Shown: piece by piece, positions 63,500 to 64,000 of the stretch
Numbering within the stretch: position 1 is the stretch's first letter
Layout: every line of letters begins with the position of its first letter
Source of the DNA: a virus
Lineage: Duplodnaviria; Caudoviricetes
Length of the DNA stretch: 64,000 nt
Reading direction: 5' to 3' (one strand)
IMG/VR virus record: IMGVR_UViG_3300025605_000004
Coordinates: 1-64,000 of that record
Program-made: the position numbers and the translations under genes
The notes under the pieces: generated by a model
Told to the model about the DNA's origin: nothing
What the model saw: only the letters and a program-made list of their open reading frames with translations
Database searches by the model: none

Positions 63500-63598
63500 T
63501 TATTTCACCATGCCTGCAATTGCTACAAGGGTACCGATTAAGCCGTACCCGTAAACGCATGCCATGATGACTCCTAGGATGATGATCGCTCTAACCAT
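63500..63598 (-). CDS. 32-aa hydrophobic peptide (not in the ORF track)
   Basis: MVRAIIILGVIMACVYGYGLIGTLVAIAGMVK*; GGAGGG SD. Confidence 0.6.
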   Translation of the reverse strand: MVRAIIILGVIMACVYGYGLIGTLVAIAGMVK

Positions 63599-63623
63599 GT
63601 TAGTTACCCTCCATTTGAATTAT

Positions 63624-63661
63624 TGGCCCTACATGTAAGTTATTCCGCACATGTAGGGCCA
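63624..63661. repeat. 13-bp perfect inverted repeat
   Basis: TGGCCCTACATGT-N12-ACATGTAGGGCCA. Confidence 0.8.
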
Positions 63662-63676
63662 TTCTGCCTAGTATAA

Positions 63677-63955
63677 TCACCAGTTTATAAACTCTCTCAG
63701 TTCATGGCGTAACCTTGCTTGTTGTAATTCGTGGTCAGTTATATCAATTAGGTAATGGTACGTGTCAATGGCATAATCCCCATGGTTATTGACCATGAGT
63801 ATACCATTCTCAACGCGCACGATTTGACCGTTAGGGCCCTTGACATGTTCCCATGTTACTTCCTCGCCAATTGCCTTCTTTACGGGCCGTACATGGCCGT
63901 TTATGGACAATCCCGCTTCTAATCGTTCCTTCTCAACTAGGTAGTAGTGATTCAT
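63677..63955 (-). CDS. Hypothetical protein
   Basis: GGAGG SD on the minus strand. Confidence 0.65.
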   Translation of the reverse strand: MNHYYLVEKERLEAGLSINGHVRPVKKAIGEEVTWEHVKGPNGQIVRVENGILMVNNHGDYAIDTYHYLIDITDHELQQARLRHELREFINW

Positions 63956-64000
63956 GGTTGCTTCCTCCGTTATGCGTTATTATGCTTACATTAACGTTAT

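Noticed and set aside
1-64000. Stop-codon reassignment
   Set aside because: Genes are long and intact under code 11, all three stops are used, and the only tRNA is a normal Gln(TTG).

Overview
The window is a large part of a tailed dsDNA phage (Caudoviricetes) genome. No integrase or host genes are visible. Left to right it holds five blocks. (1) Small accessory genes and an orphan IS200/IS605 tnpB 3'-end/right-end (omega-RNA-sized) remnant. (2) A minus-strand primase-helicase with a TerS-like HTH gene. (3) A replication and nucleotide module: SNF2 helicase, SSB-like protein, UDG-fused family A polymerase, VRR-NUC, Cas4-like nuclease, intein-containing class II RNR and dNMP kinase. (4) A catalytically dead stand-alone Hint-fold gene, intein-containing TerL, a T4 gp20-type portal and a T4-type protease-scaffold-capsid polyprotein, with moron-like genes in between. 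(5) A sheath-less, siphovirus-like tail with a -1 frameshift chaperone and tape measure, two GT9 glycosyltransferases ahead of duplicated appendage genes, lysis candidates, an unassigned structured RNA next to tRNA-Gln, DNA ligase, and a strand-switch region with a 17-bp tandem repeat. Two secreted proteins resemble Armatimonadota-type domains from my recollection, which suggests that host phylum. GATC appears almost absent. All family calls come from reading motifs by eye, and no searches were run.
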